Positions 60,451-64,000 of a stretch of DNA of 64,000 nt are shown piece after piece. The stretch is from Schmidtea nova (Eukaryota): the NCBI GenBank assembly GCA_044892505.1, contig CM097883.1, positions 228,904,001-228,968,000 on the forward strand. The letters run 5' to 3'. The first letter of the stretch is position 1, and every line of letters begins with the position of its first letter. Made by a program: the position numbers and the translations under genes. The notes beneath the pieces are model-generated. The model saw only the letters and a list, made by a program, of their open reading frames with translations. It made no database searches and was not told where the DNA came from.

Positions 60451-62020
60451 GATTTCCAACTTGTGTTATCAAAATTAACTTGATACACCGTTGCTGTTAA
60501 TGGGAAAAACAAAGTGTTAGAAGATGGGCGTAGAATAAGGGTTTTAAAATTAAAACATTATACAGTAGGAAATGGAAGATACAGGATAAATATACATGTG
60601 GATCAGATGGCAATGACAATTCAATAATCAATGGAAAATATCAAATTCAACGACATTATATGATGATATTTTACTGTTGATCTCATTTGACTTTTGTTTT
60701 ATTATCTGATGACTATCTGGCAATTTTTATTTTTATGGGATAATTTTATTTTGTTTCTGTTAATAAAATATTGTTGACAATTAATTTTTGTAATGACAAT
60801 TTATCAGCATGACAATTTATAATTTGACAATTTATCATTTGTGATATTGCGAACATTTATTGACATTTTTATGGTGATGGACAAAATTTTATATAATTTT
60901 GAAAAAATATTTTGTGTTGAAAATATTTTATGTAAATTAATTTTTTAACTATTTGGAAAATGGATTATATTTTCATTTATATTTTAATATTTTAATTCAA
61001 TAAATAATAATAATAATAAAATAAATACAGATTGTTTAAATAAATTAAAAATAAATAAATTACTGTTTGTTTAAATAAATTATATTTCTGACCTACAAGG
61101 TCAGAAAAATGAAATAATATCTCAAGGTTAAAAAATAATTTTGAAAACAATTCTGTTTTGAAAACAACTCTGTTTTCAAAAACAATTTCAATCAACTCAA
61201 GAGGCAAAATAACAATCATTATTGACAGATTAAGTGCCTTAAAATTTAGTATATAAACTGACTGATTTTTCAGTTAAATCACCCATAAAATCTTTGCGTA
61301 AGAAGAATTTCATAGTTGTTATCGACTATTGAAATAATAATTTCGAGCATACAAGATATCGAGCTCAGAAGGCATTCACACATACACACGCATACATATA
61401 TATTTACACATTATAGGAACAACATTGTGAATCTGTAATATTTTTAGGCAATTTGTATTTGTTGTATTTAAATAAATTCTTTGAACCAGTGTTATCTTAT
61501 TTATTTATATAAGATACCAAGTTGAGATTCTGGGAACCTCAACAAAAGTATTTGAATATCAATATTTTTCAAAGTTTTGGACAAAAAGACGTGACAGTTG
61601 TTTTTGAGTCGAATGACACTAAGCACCTTGAGATTGGTCGAGTAGATTACTCGGAATTTTGAATTTAGTGGAGATTATTTCAGTAATAAAATTTTATATG
61701 CGCGAAAACTCATAGTGGTCCATGGGGCTCACATCTACCAACTTTATACTAAACTATTTCCTGTCAGCATTAAAAATGTAAAGTTTGACCTTTCGTTGAA
61801 ATCGGGAAATTTTTAATCAAACCCTTTAAGTGACAAAAATGAAAATGGAAATAACTTTTATAATTTTGTTTTTAATTTCTACGAAAATAGAGTAAATTTG
61901 AACTAATGATTTGCAAGTGTTTGGGAAGGTGTATCTTTATAAAATAGATTTTATAAAGATGAAATAAAAGTACATATGTACATTGACAGATATATCTCTA
62001 CATACATTGAAATGGATATG

Positions 62021-62408
62021 CATGGGCAGCCGCACACTGGGGCAAGATAAGGTACTTAACCGCCCCTGGGAAATTAAAAACCAAATCCTTCTCACAAAAA
62101 CAATAATACAAAGTGCAACTTATTCATAAAAATTCAAAACATGCTATCACAAAATTCCCGTATCACCGTTACAACTGTTTATTTAAAGTGAACTTACATT
62201 ATTTTATCGGAACATAATTACGCCACATAAGATAAATTTCGCTAAATTTTAAGTGCAAATGATTTTGAAAATCTTATTTTTGGTATTTCAAAATTATTTA
62301 TCGATCTTAAAGATGCAATAAACAAGTCAGGAATCAAGATTAATTTTGAGAATCCCTAAAATTAATTGGTGTTTTGCTATCTTGTCAAAATTTCTGCTGG
62401 CGCCCATG
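62021..62408. mobile_element. 388-bp MITE-like element
   Basis: Termini catgggcagccgca and tgctggcgcccatg are imperfect inverted repeats. The 8-bp flanks tggatatg and tcgatata match 6/8. Confidence 0.45.
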
Positions 62409-62974
62409 TCGATATAGCTACTTTAGCAAACAAAGTCAAACTATCAGAGTTCTAATTAAAAGAAAATTAACAATTATTGTCTTGTTTAGTGTTTTAATAA
62501 TAACTTTGATAAGAACCATGACTTTGGTTTGCTTTGTTTTTATCATTTTGAATAAGTCTGCTTTTTTAATGGAGCTTACAGTTTTTCTAAGATTTGTCAA
62601 TCCTGACCTGGAATGGCAGATATTTGGAATTAGCTGGGTAAAGTGAAAAAGTTAAGATGTTGAACAATTTGTGATATTATTGTAACAGAATGGATGAATT
62701 TCATTGCGCCCTGCCTTCCTTTGTTCAAAACACTTTTATAATTAAACTTATATGCAATCATTAAAACCTTTTCAAATATAGGTAAAAATAATTTTCCCAT
62801 TCTAAACATTTTCCAGAAAATATATATTTTTATAATTGGATTTATTGGATAGATTCCAGTATATTTTACTATCTTGGAATATTAAAAATATAAATAAAAA
62901 AATAATTTAAATCAATAAATAATTGTTAAAAATTAATTTGAATTTTATTTATTACAAAAACAATAAATTCATAC

Positions 62975-63184
62975 CCATATTTGCAATTTTATTCTTTTAT
63001 CATCTTTATATACTGTTTTCACCTTAAAATCAATGCCTACAGTAGATACAAACGCAGACGTAAAACTATCATCCGCATATCGGAATAAAAATGAAGTTTT
63101 CCCAACTGACGAATTTCCAATAATTAAAATTTTAAACATATAATCGAAATTTTGATCTGAACCAGCGTCCTTTGTAGATCCCAT
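62975..63184 (-). CDS. Rab3: Rab3 coding exon 1
   Basis: [58 protein letters not shown]...KLQIW|gtatg; DQNFDYMFK and [21 protein letters not shown] are diagnostic of Rab3. Confidence 0.97.
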
Positions 63185-63188
63185 TGTG

Positions 63189-63251
63189 CTAATAAAAAAC
63201 AAAAGAATTGAAATCAATATTTCTTCAAGAATTAGTTTGAAGTTATTTTAC
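63189..63251 (-). other. probable 63-nt 5'-UTR intron of Rab3
   Basis: gtaaaa...ttttgttttttattag|cacaATG, with the acceptor 4 nt before the start codon. Confidence 0.45.
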
Positions 63252-64000
63252 TTGCTTTCTTAATTTTGGAATCGTCGTATTAAATCTGTCAAAGAATAGA
63301 TAAACTAAGTACAACTCTCATTTCGACAGTGTAAGTAAATGTATTTCTACTAAATTGAGTGTGTAAATACGATTATTGTATGTATTGCATCATGTGTGCA
63401 TCAATTTCATTTGAAGGAACAGGCTGCTCATTCAGTCATTTTCAAAGGCACACAATTTAGTTACAATCAGAGAAACAATAAATTTCCTAACCTATAATTT
63501 TGTAACAGACAATCTGTATTATCATCCCATTTATGCGATTGCTTCCGTAAGAATTCAAATTTTTCATGGGAAAAAATTACATATATCCTAGAATAAAATG
63601 CTATTTATCTAATATTGCATAAACATATTTATTAATAAATATGACTAATTTAGACTAACAGTTTTAGCTACTGTAAATAGAATAAATTAAATAATTGACT
63701 ATTTTTAATAAAATACTTTTGTTTAAATAATATCTAAATTCAAATTTAAAATATGTAAGAAAATTTTTCAGTCTTAATATTTTATAATATATACTTAGGA
63801 AACCTAAACGAAAATCAAAATGGAATTTCGAGGATATCAATTGGGAAGAATTTATGTCTCAGCAGTTCTTGTCTATCTATAACTTAGACAAGAAACCTTG
63901 CCAAATGAATAGTTGCAAGTAATTTATTTTCATAGCTTCTCATAAATTAGACTATGTCTAGAAAGAATTGCAGTGACAATCTGTATTGTATTAATAAATT

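Noticed and set aside
63185-63217. N-terminal extension [11 protein letters not shown] of Rab3 in the ORF track
   Set aside because: It is a polypyrimidine tract and AG acceptor of a probable 5'-UTR intron. The ATG at 63184 gives a normal Rab3 N-terminus.

Overview
This is AT-rich eukaryotic genomic DNA with GT-AG introns and seven N-gaps between 3.4 and 27.6 kb. The element mix is most consistent with an invertebrate such as a triclad flatworm, but that is inference only. One host gene is recognisable: Rab3 on the minus strand, with coding exons at 63184-62975, 53411-53293, 46177-46053 and 43894-43757 and an unresolved last exon. Nearly everything else is mobile DNA. (i) 5.6-8.9 kb (-): a decayed retroelement reading frame running Bcl-2-like domain -> chuvirus (Jingchuvirales)-type fusion glycoprotein -> PTAP-containing tail -> retropepsin, so the env-like gene lies upstream of and in frame with pol. 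This is the best candidate for an undescribed system. (ii) 8.9-15.6 kb (-): a NeSL-clade non-LTR retrotransposon with three tandem Ulp1-like domains (only the first keeps His/Asp/Cys), RT, a CCHC finger and an RLE. It is joined at an (AAT)n tract to an LTR-PBS-gag unit (15.5-17.5 kb). (iii) Gypsy pol remnants, hAT remnants, MITEs, a DEDDh exonuclease pseudogene and host-gene fragments (PTB/hnRNP L RRM; PNUTS-like TFIIS-N domain with zinc fingers). (iv) A 13.6-kb imperfect palindrome (31003-44647) that duplicates Rab3 exon 4 and carries an intact Merlin transposon in one arm only. (v) A decayed Maverick/Polinton inside Rab3 intron 1, plus fragments of a second one at 21.7-26 kb. All family assignments come from motif recognition by eye; no database search was run.
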